From Candidatus Poseidoniales archaeon (GTDB lineage: Archaea > Thermoplasmatota > Poseidoniia > Poseidoniales > Poseidoniaceae), in the NCBI GenBank assembly GCA_019651595.1, contig BOYQ01000002.1:181912-245911 (forward strand): a DNA stretch of 64,000 nucleotides. The letters are read 5' to 3'. Each line of letters opens with the position of its first letter. Positions within the stretch are counted from its first letter, which is position 1. Both the position numbers and the translations under genes were made by a program. Shown one piece after another: positions 9,877 to 19,493 of the stretch. Below the pieces are notes generated by a model, which was not told the DNA's origin, searched no databases, and saw only the letters and a list, made by a program, of their open reading frames with translations.

Positions 9877-11042
9877 TCGATCTTGTCAACGGTTGCACCG
9901 CTGGGCAGAGCGCTGGAAGAGCTGAAGGTGTACTTGTGCCATGGGATGTAGTAGTAGGAACCGTAGTATCGGTAGTGGTAGCGGTAGGAGCTGCTGTAGC
10001 AGTAAGCGTAGTAGATGTAACAGTAGCCACCAGCGTTGGAGTTCACACGAATGGACGGGTCAATGGCGACCGGGTAAACACGGTCTTCATCGAGGAGCCA
10101 GTCGGACTCAACCACGGTGATGAGGAGGATTTCAGGACCGTAGACCTGAACGAAGAAGGTCCCCAGGTAGGGCTCTTCTGCGCCTGCTTCCATGATGACG
10201 GGAGCAGGAATCTCAGCGAGGAGTTCGCCCGTTTCGATGTTGCGGATTTGGAGGTCTTCTTGCGTCTTGAAGATCTCTTCACCGAGCATCGTTTCACCAG
10301 AGAAGAGTGCGTAGCCAACGGGCATGCGCAGTCCTTCGCTGAGACCGAAGTACTCAGCTGCCTCTGGGAGGACGGGAACCTCTCGGAGAACGAGGTTCTG
10401 CTTGACTTGGTTGCTCTCAACGGAGTAGTCCAAGTCGTAGCCCTCGGCGAGCGGGTAGCGGATGACGTTGCCACCCACGTCCACGCCGTTGGGGCTTGGA
10501 GCAGTGATGAACGGCTCGGGAGCCGAGCCGGATGCATCGAGCGTAACGAGCATGGGGTTGATACCGGAGATCACCGGGTCAACAAACTCGTTTGCCTGAA
10601 CCGAGATGCCGTTAGCGACTTCAGCGGAGAAGTAGGTCGTGAAGGTGTTCTCCGTCACGCCCCATCCCTCTGGGTAGGCCTGAATGTTCAGGTCAATGTC
10701 TTCCCAAGTGCCGTCAGCAGACATGTAGTGAATGGGTTCACTCGCTACCATCTGCGTGATGGAGCCGTCCTCGTTGAGGAAGGCCTTGGTCTTGGCGTCT
10801 CGCATCCCTTGAAGTTCAAGCGATGGGTCGTATTCGTATTCTGCTTCGGCAAGCTTTTCGGGGAGCGCGAAGTAATCTTCTGCTCCAGTCGAGTCTGCTT
10901 CCACAGACTCCACGGTTGCTGCTGTTTCGTTGTTGTCAACGTAGCCGCTCATTGGCATGAGCACCATCAATGCGCACAACAACAGTGCAACCCCGATACC
11001 GCCGAAGACGGTCTTTTTCTGGTTATTCTTGTTTCCCAACAT
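9618..11042 (-). CDS. Giant surface protein, N-terminal fragment with signal peptide/anchor
   Basis: Track ORF. ATG at 11042 has GGGGTGA 7 nt upstream. The N-terminus MLGNKNNQKKTVFGGIGVALLLCALMVLMPMSG has a basic n-region followed by a hydrophobic helix, and acidic extracellular sequence follows. The stop at 9618-9620 is produced by a 1-nt indel in the GGG run 9622-9625 (..GTGWKTVTL* / VNSATAC..). Confidence 0.8.
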   Translation of the reverse strand: MLGNKNNQKKTVFGGIGVALLLCALMVLMPMSGYVDNNETAATVESVEADSTGAEDYFALPEKLAEAEYEYDPSLELQGMRDAKTKAFLNEDGSITQMVASEPIHYMSADGTWEDIDLNIQAYPEGWGVTENTFTTYFSAEVANGISVQANEFVDPVISGINPMLVTLDASGSAPEPFITAPSPNGVDVGGNVIRYPLAEGYDLDYSVESNQVKQNLVLREVPVLPEAAEYFGLSEGLRMPVGYALFSGETMLGEEIFKTQEDLQIRNIETGELLAEIPAPVIMEAGAEEPYLGTFFVQVYGPEILLITVVESDWLLDEDRVYPVAIDPSIRVNSNAGGYCYIYYAYCYSSSYRYHYRYYGSYYYIPWHKYTFSSSSALPSGATVDKIEWKKYMNYAYGSTRTFQVKVLENCGLAPRYSYSMGSSSCSGSSISASYLTSNYGGTAARSLKASIGRSPSAATVSSSGTGWKTVTL

Positions 11043-11094
11043 GTGTCATTCACCCCATACGGACTGTATGCAGTGCATCCCACACCTTACACCA

Positions 11095-11102
11095 CTTATA
11101 TT
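11095..11102 (-). promoter_or_regulatory. Candidate TATA box for the giant-protein gene
   Basis: AATATAAG on the coding (minus) strand lies 52 nt upstream of the ATG at 11042, in an AT-rich intergenic patch. This fits an archaeal TATA box ~25 nt upstream of a TSS plus a ~25-nt leader. The evidence is position and sequence only. Confidence 0.35.
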
Positions 11103-11480
11103 GATTGGGGTGCATAATCTTTGAAAAAATGTGACTCTCCGGAAACGAACCCCCCGTTTTCTGAAGGAATCCGACAGAAATGCGGGACATTTGATGACGA
11201 AAAACGGCGGAAAAATATCATCTTGTTTGACCGTCCATACCCAACGGCTCACGATATCACACCGACCGGCTGGAGCCCCACGTGCGGTTCAAATCGATGT
11301 CGGCGTCTCGACGCCAAGGCTCAACACGTCCCGCGTCGACTCGATTCATGACTTGAAGCGGATCCGGTGATGCCGTCCATGCGGGTGGACCGAACGCTGC
11401 GGTGCGGCGGAGAAACCGGTGCTGTGGGACCGGGCCGACACAAAATACAGAGCCTTCCGTTCGAATCAAACGGGAGTTGG

Positions 11481-11521
11481 AAAGGGAGAAAAGGCCAGAA
11501 GGGCCGCCGTAGCGGCCCTTC
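11481..11521 (-). terminator. Hairpin plus T-rich tract downstream of the 1,046-aa surface-protein gene
   Basis: Perfect 10-bp stem GAAGGGCCGC / GCGGCCCTTC with a 4-nt loop at 11498-11521, 46 nt after the stop at 11567. On the transcribed strand it is followed by TGGCCTTTTCTCCCTTTCC. Confidence 0.55.
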
Positions 11522-11566
11522 CGGCGTTGTACACCTCAGAGAGGTGGGTGTGGTTCAGCTCAGGGA

Positions 11567-14500
11567 TCAGTAATCCCAATCCTTGCCTTCGCCGCCTTCA
11601 CCGTCTCCACGGGAGAGGATGAATGCACCAGCGATGAACGCCACGATGACCACGCCGCCGATGAGGCCCCAGGTCCACGTTGGAACGCTGGAGGATGCAT
11701 CGTCGCCGGTGTCGCCAATGGTACCGTTGCCGTCGTTCATGTTGCTGTTGTCAGCCACACGGGTGTCGATGATGGAGTTCATCGAGGCAGCAGCGTCCAT
11801 GTTGCCGAGGGCGTCCATGGGCACAGCGGTGAAGAAGTACTCTTGACCGGTGCGGATGGCGGGCATGTCAATGCTGAGGGTCGTTGCGTCGGGTCCGACC
11901 ACCATGTCGGAACATGGCGTTGGCATTTCACCAGCGGTGAAATCTTCCGTGGTGTAGCAGACGTGCCAGTGAGCGACGTCGCTGGTGTCGCCGGTGATGT
12001 CCCAAGAGATGACCCACTGCATGTCTTGTGCGGCCACAGCAAGGTTGGTTGCTGCAACATCGCCGTCAACTTGCTTGTCGGCCACAACGCTGGCGATGCC
12101 AGGGGTGGAACAGCCTTGCTCGTTGCAGACGGCGACTTCAAGGTGGTAGGTCTCGCCGTGCGTGGTTTGGGAGCCACTGTAGGTGTAGGTGCGGTCCTCG
12201 TCAGCCACGGTGGCTTCGAAGGCGTCGTCGCAGTCGGCCTCACTCGCACAGATGCTGACAACGATGCTGTCGGAGTTCAGCAGGGTACCGGTGATGTCCC
12301 AGGTCATGGAAATGCCGCCACCTCGGGTGGCTTCAGCGCTGAAGCCGCTCACGGAGGCATCAGGGATGGAGGCCTGAGCGAGTTCGCCGCCCATGAGCAC
12401 CATCTTACCGGCCGGGACAACGGGGCTGTTGTCGGGCACGTCGTAGGTGAACATCTCGGTGCTGGCGTCAACGTCGGTCGAGGTGTCCGAGAGGAGGATC
12501 CACTTGCCGGACCCGTCAATGTACCACAACGAAGTCGCTTCCACGTCCTTGGCCACGATGACCGAGATGGACTGGTCGAGCACGTCGCTGGCCGTGTAGG
12601 TGGTGCTTGGAACGTAGTCCAAGGCAGCCACGGCGGCGTAGGTTCCGGTGAAGCCCTCGAGTTGAACGGCGTCGTAGGAGGAGGTATCAGCGTCCGTGAA
12701 GGACGTGATGGTGAACTCCGACTGGCCGTTGTAGTCAAGGCTGTACTGAACCTCAATGCCAACGTCGCTGGTGGCGGTCGCCACAGCGCTGTTCCAGACG
12801 AACATGTCAATTTCCTTGGAAACCTCGCCGTTGTGAGCGTCGGTGACAACAACGGTCACGGGGGAGTTGCCGATGAAGTCAGGCAGTACGGGTGAGGTAC
12901 AGACCGTTGCCCCTTCTGCTTGGGTGCCGGAACAACCACCGATTTCGCCACCGGGGTAGGAGTAAGCGAAGGTCAATCCATCACCGGACGGGTCGTCGAC
13001 GTCAAAGGCGGACACAGCGAAGACCAGAGGCGATTCTTGGCCGACCACGATGTCGCCTTCCGTGGTCAGCTCAAAGGAGGTGATCACGGGGAGGTTGTTG
13101 ATGACGTCAATGACCATGGTGGCACCGTTGTTGCTGGTGCGCTGGTCCGTGCCACCCGACCATGGAACGGGGTCCTGGTCGGTGCTGGCCTTCTCGTTCA
13201 TGGTCAGCGTCATGTCGAAAGTGTACTCGCCTGGCTCAAGGGTCGTCTGAACACAGACGGCGCCGGTGGGTGCTTGACCGCCGAGCGGGGAGTAGACGTA
13301 GGGCATGTCAACGCCCACGGTGCACTCGTTCATCGTGCCCGAGGCCATGGTGGTCCCGTCGAGGGAAATCGAGTAGGACACGTTCCAGCCGTAGGCCTTG
13401 TTCGGGTCGCTTCCACGGTGCTCGACGTCGGCGTAGAGGAGGGAACAACCCACGTTCAGGTCGCCGTCCTCACCTTGCTGAATGAAGGTGGTAGCTGCGC
13501 CGGTGCAGTCAGAGTTGTAGCCCTGGTAGATGCCCATGCGCGAGATGCGGATGTCGTCGTAGGTCACCTTGCTTCCGGTCAGTTCATCGAAGTCCGTCTT
13601 TGGACGGTCGTCATTGTTCTGGAGCACTTCACAGGAGTTGGCCCAGGTGGTGATGTTCTCGTTGCCTTCCTCGGCTTCGGAGGTCTCAATGCACTCGTCG
13701 TACTGGCCGAACATCGTGTAGTTCACGACCTCTGCCGTAATTTCGAACTGTGCGTTGCTGTCGCCGGTCGGAATCAACTCGCCGGACATTTCCCAAGCGG
13801 TTTGGTAGGCGAGAACGGTTCGGGAACCCGTTTGCGAGGCGTTGGGGTCCGTCTCGTTGCGGAAGGTTTCCACCGTGGCGGTGGATCCAACGGTCACGTA
13901 GGTGATGCCCTTGGCGTCGTCGGTGCCCAAGGTGGCGGAGGCAACTTGCCCGGAGGTTTCGAGGCGAATGTTGACCTCACGTGGGTCGAACGTGTCCGAG
14001 CCGTCAGCGATGACGGTGAGTTTGAATTGAGCGCTCGTCAGGCTGCTGGCGTCGAGGCTGGAAGCGTCCATCTCTTCACCGTCGCCGTCAAGCCATGCCA
14101 GGTCGACCGAGATGTCGTACCAGTCCTCGACGATGACGTAAACGAGTTCTGCGTTGTTGGCGATGTCAGCGTCAACAGGGCTGTCAACGGAGACTTCCAC
14201 CATGTACTCGCCTTGGGTGGGCGTCCAGACGATGTCGGCGCCAGCGCGCTGGAGCGTCAACTTGCCGCCACCGAGGAACGCACCTGCGGCGAGCGGGCTC
14301 ACCGAGGAATCGAAGTCGCAGACCGTACCGTCGTCGCACATGGCGTCGACGTTTTCCCAGACGAGGTCGTTTCCGGAGGCGTCCTTGGCGATGCCACCAA
14401 CGGTCTGGGAAGAATCGGTCAAGTAAATGGTGACCGAGTACGACAGCTCGTCGATGTCCGCATCGCCCACGTTCTTGATGAAGGCCGAGAACGTGACCTC

Positions 14501-14707
14501 TTCACCCACTTGCAGGGTGTTGCGGCAACCTGCGATGTTGCACGTACTTTCTTTTGGCGTTGTGATGGCAACCACCGATGCGTCAGCTCCAGAGCGAGCG
14601 CCGGTTTCCTCGATTACCACTTGTTCTTCAAGCTCGTGGATGTCCATGCCAGCGAGAAAGCTCGTCAACATCAACATCACGAGAATTACAGGTGTCATAT
14701 TCTTCAT
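11567..14707 (-). CDS. Large surface (S-layer/adhesin-like) protein with signal peptide and C-terminal TM anchor
   Basis: Track ORF 11567..14746. A TATAAATA box at 14754-14761 sits only ~8 nt upstream of the first in-frame start, so the ATG at 14707 is the likelier start (MKNMTPVILVMLMLTSFLAG.., GGGGGT 7 nt upstream). The long extracellular part is acidic and T/S/D/V-rich. The C-terminus is a TM helix WTWGLIGGVVIVAFIAGAFIL plus the tail SRGDGEGGEGKDWDY. Confidence 0.8.
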   Translation of the reverse strand: MKNMTPVILVMLMLTSFLAGMDIHELEEQVVIEETGARSGADASVVAITTPKESTCNIAGCRNTLQVGEEVTFSAFIKNVGDADIDELSYSVTIYLTDSSQTVGGIAKDASGNDLVWENVDAMCDDGTVCDFDSSVSPLAAGAFLGGGKLTLQRAGADIVWTPTQGEYMVEVSVDSPVDADIANNAELVYVIVEDWYDISVDLAWLDGDGEEMDASSLDASSLTSAQFKLTVIADGSDTFDPREVNIRLETSGQVASATLGTDDAKGITYVTVGSTATVETFRNETDPNASQTGSRTVLAYQTAWEMSGELIPTGDSNAQFEITAEVVNYTMFGQYDECIETSEAEEGNENITTWANSCEVLQNNDDRPKTDFDELTGSKVTYDDIRISRMGIYQGYNSDCTGAATTFIQQGEDGDLNVGCSLLYADVEHRGSDPNKAYGWNVSYSISLDGTTMASGTMNECTVGVDMPYVYSPLGGQAPTGAVCVQTTLEPGEYTFDMTLTMNEKASTDQDPVPWSGGTDQRTSNNGATMVIDVINNLPVITSFELTTEGDIVVGQESPLVFAVSAFDVDDPSGDGLTFAYSYPGGEIGGCSGTQAEGATVCTSPVLPDFIGNSPVTVVVTDAHNGEVSKEIDMFVWNSAVATATSDVGIEVQYSLDYNGQSEFTITSFTDADTSSYDAVQLEGFTGTYAAVAALDYVPSTTYTASDVLDQSISVIVAKDVEATSLWYIDGSGKWILLSDTSTDVDASTEMFTYDVPDNSPVVPAGKMVLMGGELAQASIPDASVSGFSAEATRGGGISMTWDITGTLLNSDSIVVSICASEADCDDAFEATVADEDRTYTYSGSQTTHGETYHLEVAVCNEQGCSTPGIASVVADKQVDGDVAATNLAVAAQDMQWVISWDITGDTSDVAHWHVCYTTEDFTAGEMPTPCSDMVVGPDATTLSIDMPAIRTGQEYFFTAVPMDALGNMDAAASMNSIIDTRVADNSNMNDGNGTIGDTGDDASSSVPTWTWGLIGGVVIVAFIAGAFILSRGDGEGGEGKDWDY

Positions 14708-14753
14708 GTCAATACCCCCGAAGGTTCGGTATCCCTCTCCACGCAATGCGTCG

Positions 14754-14761
14754 TATTTATA
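14754..14761 (-). promoter_or_regulatory. TATA box (TATAAATA) for the 1,046-aa surface-protein gene
   Basis: The coding-strand sequence GGCCCATAGTATAAATACGACG lies 46 nt upstream of the ATG at 14707. It is a good match to the archaeal TATA consensus in an otherwise GC-rich context. Confidence 0.55.
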
Positions 14762-14900
14762 CTATGGGCCCTATGATTTACGAGGAAAAAGACCCAAGAA
14801 TAACGTTTTTTGACGGTATTCGGACGACAGCGCCAACCAAATGCACGAATCCGGGATTTTTGACCCATCCCGGTCATGCGAGGTTTTCAGAGGTTATTTT

Positions 14901-17900
14901 TCAGGCAGAACGTAACGCTGCAGAAGGTGGAATGGCCGATGCCCGGCGGACCGGAAGGTAGGTGGCGATGAGCACCACGAGCCAACCGGTGGCGAAGAGG
15001 ATCCCCGTGCTCGCCCAAGGGAACGAAAAGGCGGCGCCCTCGGCCTCCCACAATGCGTTGTAGAGCACCACATGGAAACCGTAGCCGACAAGCAAACCGT
15101 TCAACATGCCAAGCACGGCAACCCAAGAAATCTCAATGGAAAACATCCTGAGAACGTGTCGCTGCTTGAAGCCAATGGCCCTGAGCATGCCGATGGTGGT
15201 TCGTCGTTCGCTCACGTTTCGGACGGTGACCACTCCGATGCCGGCGACACCGACGAGAAGCCCCAGGGCGAGGTAGCCCTCGAACAACGACAGGATGGCC
15301 AACACCAGCGATTGGATGACCATGATCTCGTCTGCAACGGTCTGCACGTTGATGTTCCTCGACGCGAGTTCCACGTCGAGGACGTCCTCCAGTTCGGCCG
15401 CCGCTGTCCGCACTGGGGAGGTTTTCCCTTGCGCCGATGCAGGGTCGCCGGTAAATTCGCTGGTTGATTGTGCCGTCGGGGAAACGCTGACGTACATCCG
15501 AGTCACCTCTCCGCCAAACTGCGTTTCGACGGGTTCGGACGCCATCCAAACACCCGGCGAGAAAATGTACGAAGATTGTTTTAGGAAACCACCCACCACC
15601 ATGGAACGGGTGTTTTTTGGATTTGAAAAATCAATTACTAAAATTGAATCTCCAATTGAAAATTGCAAGGGTACAAGCGTGGTCCCATCCGCCGTTGATT
15701 CCAAACCAAACGAGGCGTCGAGGAACACCACGTTGGTGAAATTTGCAATTGAAATCCATGCTTCCTCGGACGTGTTTCCAAGGGATGTATCCCATGCGTG
15801 CAACGGCAGTCCACCGTGTCCGATGAAACCCTCATCTACCCCCCTGAGCAGGTAAGGCATCCGTTCACCCGAAGCGTCTTCGAGATGGGCCGGCGCACGG
15901 TAAACGGCCCCCACGGCATCGATGTTGTCAACCGCAGGGTGGTCGATGTCCCAAGTGGAGGGGTCTTCACCGAGGTCGATGGGCCGCGCCCGAGTTGACG
16001 TCAACAGGAGTTCAAACTCACCCTCGGCCTCTTCGACAAACTCCGACGAATAGGTGTCAAACTGTTCGGTGTACCCAGCGAGAACGACCACGGAGAACAT
16101 CGTGATGGAAAACATCCCCATCACCACCGCCGTCCGCACGGGGTGAGCCAGCGGGTGGGCGAGCGCGACCGAACCAACCGGGCCGGTGCGGCGTAGGACG
16201 AAGCGTTGCTTCGCCATCCAACCCACCGCTTGCGGAGCGAGGCTGGTCAACACCAAGACACCGGCCAACACCTGCAACAAACCGAGCACGATGAAGGCGA
16301 GTTCGTTGGGCTCCATTCGCTGCCGGAGGGGATCGACCGGCGCCAAGACCAGCGTCCAGACCAAGAACAACACGCCGATGGAACCGAGGGTGTTGCGGGC
16401 AGCGTACCGGGTCCAGCGGTTCATCGGCCGCCCTCTGTTCAACAAGACGGGCAGTTCCCACGTGAACAACGGCGTGAGCATCACGACGACACCCACACCA
16501 AGCAAGATGTATGTGGCGTAGGCCATGGTGCCCGAAAGACCTGAGATGAGCAAGGAAAGGGTGCACAGCCCCGTCAAACCAAAACCCAAGATCTGCATCA
16601 AAAACACGCCCCAGGGCACGCTGTTCTTGATGACGGCTCGAGCTCCTCGAAGGGCTCGCACGATGTTGAGTTGGGCGTTGTAGAGCGCGCTCGACCAAAG
16701 GATGATGACCGCCAACAGCGCACCCCACACCCATCCTGCAAGGAAGGAGTCTACGGTCCAGTCGAACACGAATCTCGTGGCCCCAACGGCCGAAAAAATG
16801 GATGAAAAGCCCGCAGCGATCAGCCACGCCAGACCCAACCCCATGACGGAGCCCACCCCGCTCGCAATGAACGCCAGCGTTGCACCCTCGTAGGTGAACA
16901 TCGCCCGTGCATCGCTTCGACGCAGCCCGAGCGCCCTGACCGTCGCCACCTCGCTCCGTCTTACGTCGGCCAGGAGCATGATGATGGTGAGCGAAAGAAG
17001 GATGCCCGCTGCAATGGTGAACGTTCCAAACACCAGGAACATGGCCGACAAAGCACCCGAAGAGGCCTGTGCCTGCTCGGCTGCATCCAACTTGACCGCC
17101 AGCACGTTGAGATGGACATCTTCAGCGCCGCTGCGCTCATCGAACCAATCGATGAGCGCCGAACGACTCGTCGAATTCGAGTCATCGAACCCGGAACCCG
17201 AGAACATCAGCAAGGAACGGTCGTCCTCGCCGGCAAGCGCCAACACCTCTGCGTCGGTCAGGGCGACCAACCCCAACACCACGCCGTCAAGGTCAGCGAG
17301 TTGGTCGAACCCGTCAACGGCCGTGTAGTCGCCCCCGTACGTTAGCGGAACCGATGAGTCGTTGCCGTAGGCGTAGGGCAGCACACCTGTCATGTCGAGA
17401 ACATCCGGATCGGTGAGGTTCAACGCACCGAGGCGAGCGGAGGTGAGCAACGTGCCCTCCTCCACTTCCAAGGCTGCCCCTTCACCCCCGAAGGCCAAAA
17501 CCATCTGGGGAAGCCTTCCGAACCCCGGCGCATCGGACAACACCGGCAAACGAATGGAATCAATGGCGTGCGTGCTGGCGTTCAACCGGAGAAGGCCGTG
17601 TTCGAAACTGCACCAGACCTCATCGTTCGAGAGAACGACCCCCGCTCGTCCATCGCACCCGTGTTCGCTTGGCACCGAGGCATCCTGCGCTTCAGGCCAG
17701 GTTTCAACGGACTCTTCAACAAAACCGGTGAAGGGGAGTTCGCCGCGGTACACGGTGGACGACAGCAACCCCTCAATGCGGAGCAGCACCGCTTGTTGGT
17801 CGACCACCATGTCGTAGGCAAGGACCGTTCCTGAGGGTGCGATGGCCAGGTCAAACGAAGCGGACCGGTTGAGTTCGTCGTCGAAGACCATCAATTCCAG

Positions 17901-19493
17901 CCCGGTCTGGTTCTCGACCAGGGTGTACCAGTCGCTTTCTCCTCGAGCCACCGCCATCGGTGAGCCGTCCATGTCAACCCGATGCCGTTCGCTTTCATCC
18001 GACAGTTCAGTGTCGGCCAGAACAAAGCTGGACCCCGAAAGGAAGCCAACCGATGTGCCGTCCTCCGTCCACGCTGCGTCGATGAGACGTTCACCTTCGT
18101 TGACCTGCCAGAGCCAGGCCTCATGGTTGGCCCGACGTTCAAAGCCAAGGCCGTTGGCCGTCAAATGCCAAACGGCGTCTTCGGTGGAAACCAGACGGTC
18201 CACCGTGGCGTCAGCGAGGGTGAGAAGCGGTTCACCATCGTGCAGTACGTCGATGAGCGGAACTTGGAGCACCTCCAGAAGGGTCGCATCGGGGTACAAA
18301 TCGGAGCGGTTCTCTCGCAGCGCTGCCACGTCTTCACCGCTGAGTCGCTGAAGGCCGACCGAGGAAGAGAGCGTCAGTGAGGACGTGGTCGCGTCCGTCG
18401 TCCACACCAGGCCAACATCTTCCGCGGTAAGGACGTCGTCAAACACCGCCTCAATGCCGTCAAGCGCAGCACGAACGTCGTCATCCGATGCGCTTGGTTT
18501 GAACGCCAAGGCCATCCGGTTCAGGCGACCCTCCATGCCCAGCATGGTCTGTGCAGTGGCCAAATCTGCAAACACCGCCGGTGATTGTGAACCGGCCATA
18601 GCGCCTTGGCCCTCGTTGGGAACAACGGTCAGGACTTGGACGGTATGGCTCGTACGCACCCGTTGCTGATCTTCGGTGATGAAAGCCCCCAGTTCCAACC
18701 GGTCCCCTTCGACGACCTCCAGCGCTGTTGCGGTGGCCGAGTTGATGGCCACGCCCAGCGTATCACTCTGGGCGTTGAAGGACGCTACATCCGAAAATCG
18801 ATAGCCGTTGTTGGGATTGAGGGCAGCCCACGTGGCATCTGCATCAACCGTCGAGTTTTGAGCGAACAACGAGACGGAGGGCTCGCCACGCCCGTTTTCA
18901 GCGGTGAGACTGACCGAGGAGGTGAGACCGTATTGACGGCCCTCGAGCTGGGAGGCCAGGCTCGGGTCAGCTTGGAGCGAATCCCAGAACCTCACCGCAG
19001 CCTGTTCATCGAATTCGACGGCGGTCCCCGTCAGCGGGTCGAGGCCAGCGATGAGAACGTCCGTTTCACCCCAAGCGGCCTCCACCTCTTGGCCCACCGT
19101 GCTGTCCAGGGAATCGCCCACGACCAGCGATGAAGTGATGATGGCGGAGGCGATGACCAACCCGGCGATCATCAGCGCTGACTGACGTCGACGACGAAGC
19201 ATGTTTTCCCTCGCAAGTCGCCAGACCAGCAAGCGTTGAGGCAGCAGGAGAGGTTGAACGAACAGCATGGAGAGGACCCCGAACAACAGGCCACCAACCA
19301 CGGCGGTCAGGGTGGACACGCCCAACCACGAAAGCAGGAGCATGGCCAGCGTCCCGTCAACCGGACCGGCCACCAGCAGCAAGGCCCGAGTGGACCATGA
19401 GGTTTGACGCCACCGTCCAAACAGAACCAAACCGGTGGTGCTCAACGCCAGCACGAAGCCGGCGACAAACACGTACCAGCCGAGCACCGTCAT
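14901..19493 (-). CDS. ABC transporter permease, double FtsX/MacB-type, unusually large (1,530 aa)
   Basis: Track ORF 14901..19565. The likely start is the ATG at 19493, which overlaps the ATPase stop (ATGA). Two FtsX-like helical bundles are present (..FTIAAGILLSLTIIMLLADVRRSEVATVRALGLRRSDARAMF.. and ..ALGLLVGVAGIGVVTVRNVSERRTTIGMLRAIGFKQRHVLRMF..). Each is preceded by a long hydrophilic, presumably extracytoplasmic region of ~790 and ~330 aa. There are extra TM helices at the N-terminus and between the halves. Confidence 0.8.
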   Translation of the reverse strand: MTVLGWYVFVAGFVLALSTTGLVLFGRWRQTSWSTRALLLVAGPVDGTLAMLLLSWLGVSTLTAVVGGLLFGVLSMLFVQPLLLPQRLLVWRLARENMLRRRRQSALMIAGLVIASAIITSSLVVGDSLDSTVGQEVEAAWGETDVLIAGLDPLTGTAVEFDEQAAVRFWDSLQADPSLASQLEGRQYGLTSSVSLTAENGRGEPSVSLFAQNSTVDADATWAALNPNNGYRFSDVASFNAQSDTLGVAINSATATALEVVEGDRLELGAFITEDQQRVRTSHTVQVLTVVPNEGQGAMAGSQSPAVFADLATAQTMLGMEGRLNRMALAFKPSASDDDVRAALDGIEAVFDDVLTAEDVGLVWTTDATTSSLTLSSSVGLQRLSGEDVAALRENRSDLYPDATLLEVLQVPLIDVLHDGEPLLTLADATVDRLVSTEDAVWHLTANGLGFERRANHEAWLWQVNEGERLIDAAWTEDGTSVGFLSGSSFVLADTELSDESERHRVDMDGSPMAVARGESDWYTLVENQTGLELMVFDDELNRSASFDLAIAPSGTVLAYDMVVDQQAVLLRIEGLLSSTVYRGELPFTGFVEESVETWPEAQDASVPSEHGCDGRAGVVLSNDEVWCSFEHGLLRLNASTHAIDSIRLPVLSDAPGFGRLPQMVLAFGGEGAALEVEEGTLLTSARLGALNLTDPDVLDMTGVLPYAYGNDSSVPLTYGGDYTAVDGFDQLADLDGVVLGLVALTDAEVLALAGEDDRSLLMFSGSGFDDSNSTSRSALIDWFDERSGAEDVHLNVLAVKLDAAEQAQASSGALSAMFLVFGTFTIAAGILLSLTIIMLLADVRRSEVATVRALGLRRSDARAMFTYEGATLAFIASGVGSVMGLGLAWLIAAGFSSIFSAVGATRFVFDWTVDSFLAGWVWGALLAVIILWSSALYNAQLNIVRALRGARAVIKNSVPWGVFLMQILGFGLTGLCTLSLLISGLSGTMAYATYILLGVGVVVMLTPLFTWELPVLLNRGRPMNRWTRYAARNTLGSIGVLFLVWTLVLAPVDPLRQRMEPNELAFIVLGLLQVLAGVLVLTSLAPQAVGWMAKQRFVLRRTGPVGSVALAHPLAHPVRTAVVMGMFSITMFSVVVLAGYTEQFDTYSSEFVEEAEGEFELLLTSTRARPIDLGEDPSTWDIDHPAVDNIDAVGAVYRAPAHLEDASGERMPYLLRGVDEGFIGHGGLPLHAWDTSLGNTSEEAWISIANFTNVVFLDASFGLESTADGTTLVPLQFSIGDSILVIDFSNPKNTRSMVVGGFLKQSSYIFSPGVWMASEPVETQFGGEVTRMYVSVSPTAQSTSEFTGDPASAQGKTSPVRTAAAELEDVLDVELASRNINVQTVADEIMVIQSLVLAILSLFEGYLALGLLVGVAGIGVVTVRNVSERRTTIGMLRAIGFKQRHVLRMFSIEISWVAVLGMLNGLLVGYGFHVVLYNALWEAEGAAFSFPWASTGILFATGWLVVLIATYLPVRRASAIPPSAALRSA

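Noticed and set aside
70-11117. Long + strand ORFs (70..1329, 1948..3351, 4251..5918, 5882..7705, 8134..9723, 9936..11117) opposite the giant gene
   Set aside because: Their translations are V/G/D/H/R-rich low-complexity strings with no motifs. They lie antisense to clearly protein-like minus-strand frames, and stop-poor antisense frames are expected in GC-rich coding DNA.
11043-11566. Small ORFs (11046..11252, 11121..11351, 11131..11370, 11257..11469, 11367..11573, 11419..11622) in the 524-bp intergenic region; possible ncRNA
   Set aside because: They overlap one another in several frames, with no RBS or protein-like composition. The region is better explained as terminator plus promoter space between two large genes. 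I could not identify a convincing structured RNA by eye.
12920-14776. 618-aa + strand ORF, plus 11843..12895 (350 aa)
   Set aside because: They are antisense shadows of the 1,046-aa surface-protein gene. Only the minus frame has a signal peptide, a TM anchor, a TATA box and a terminator.
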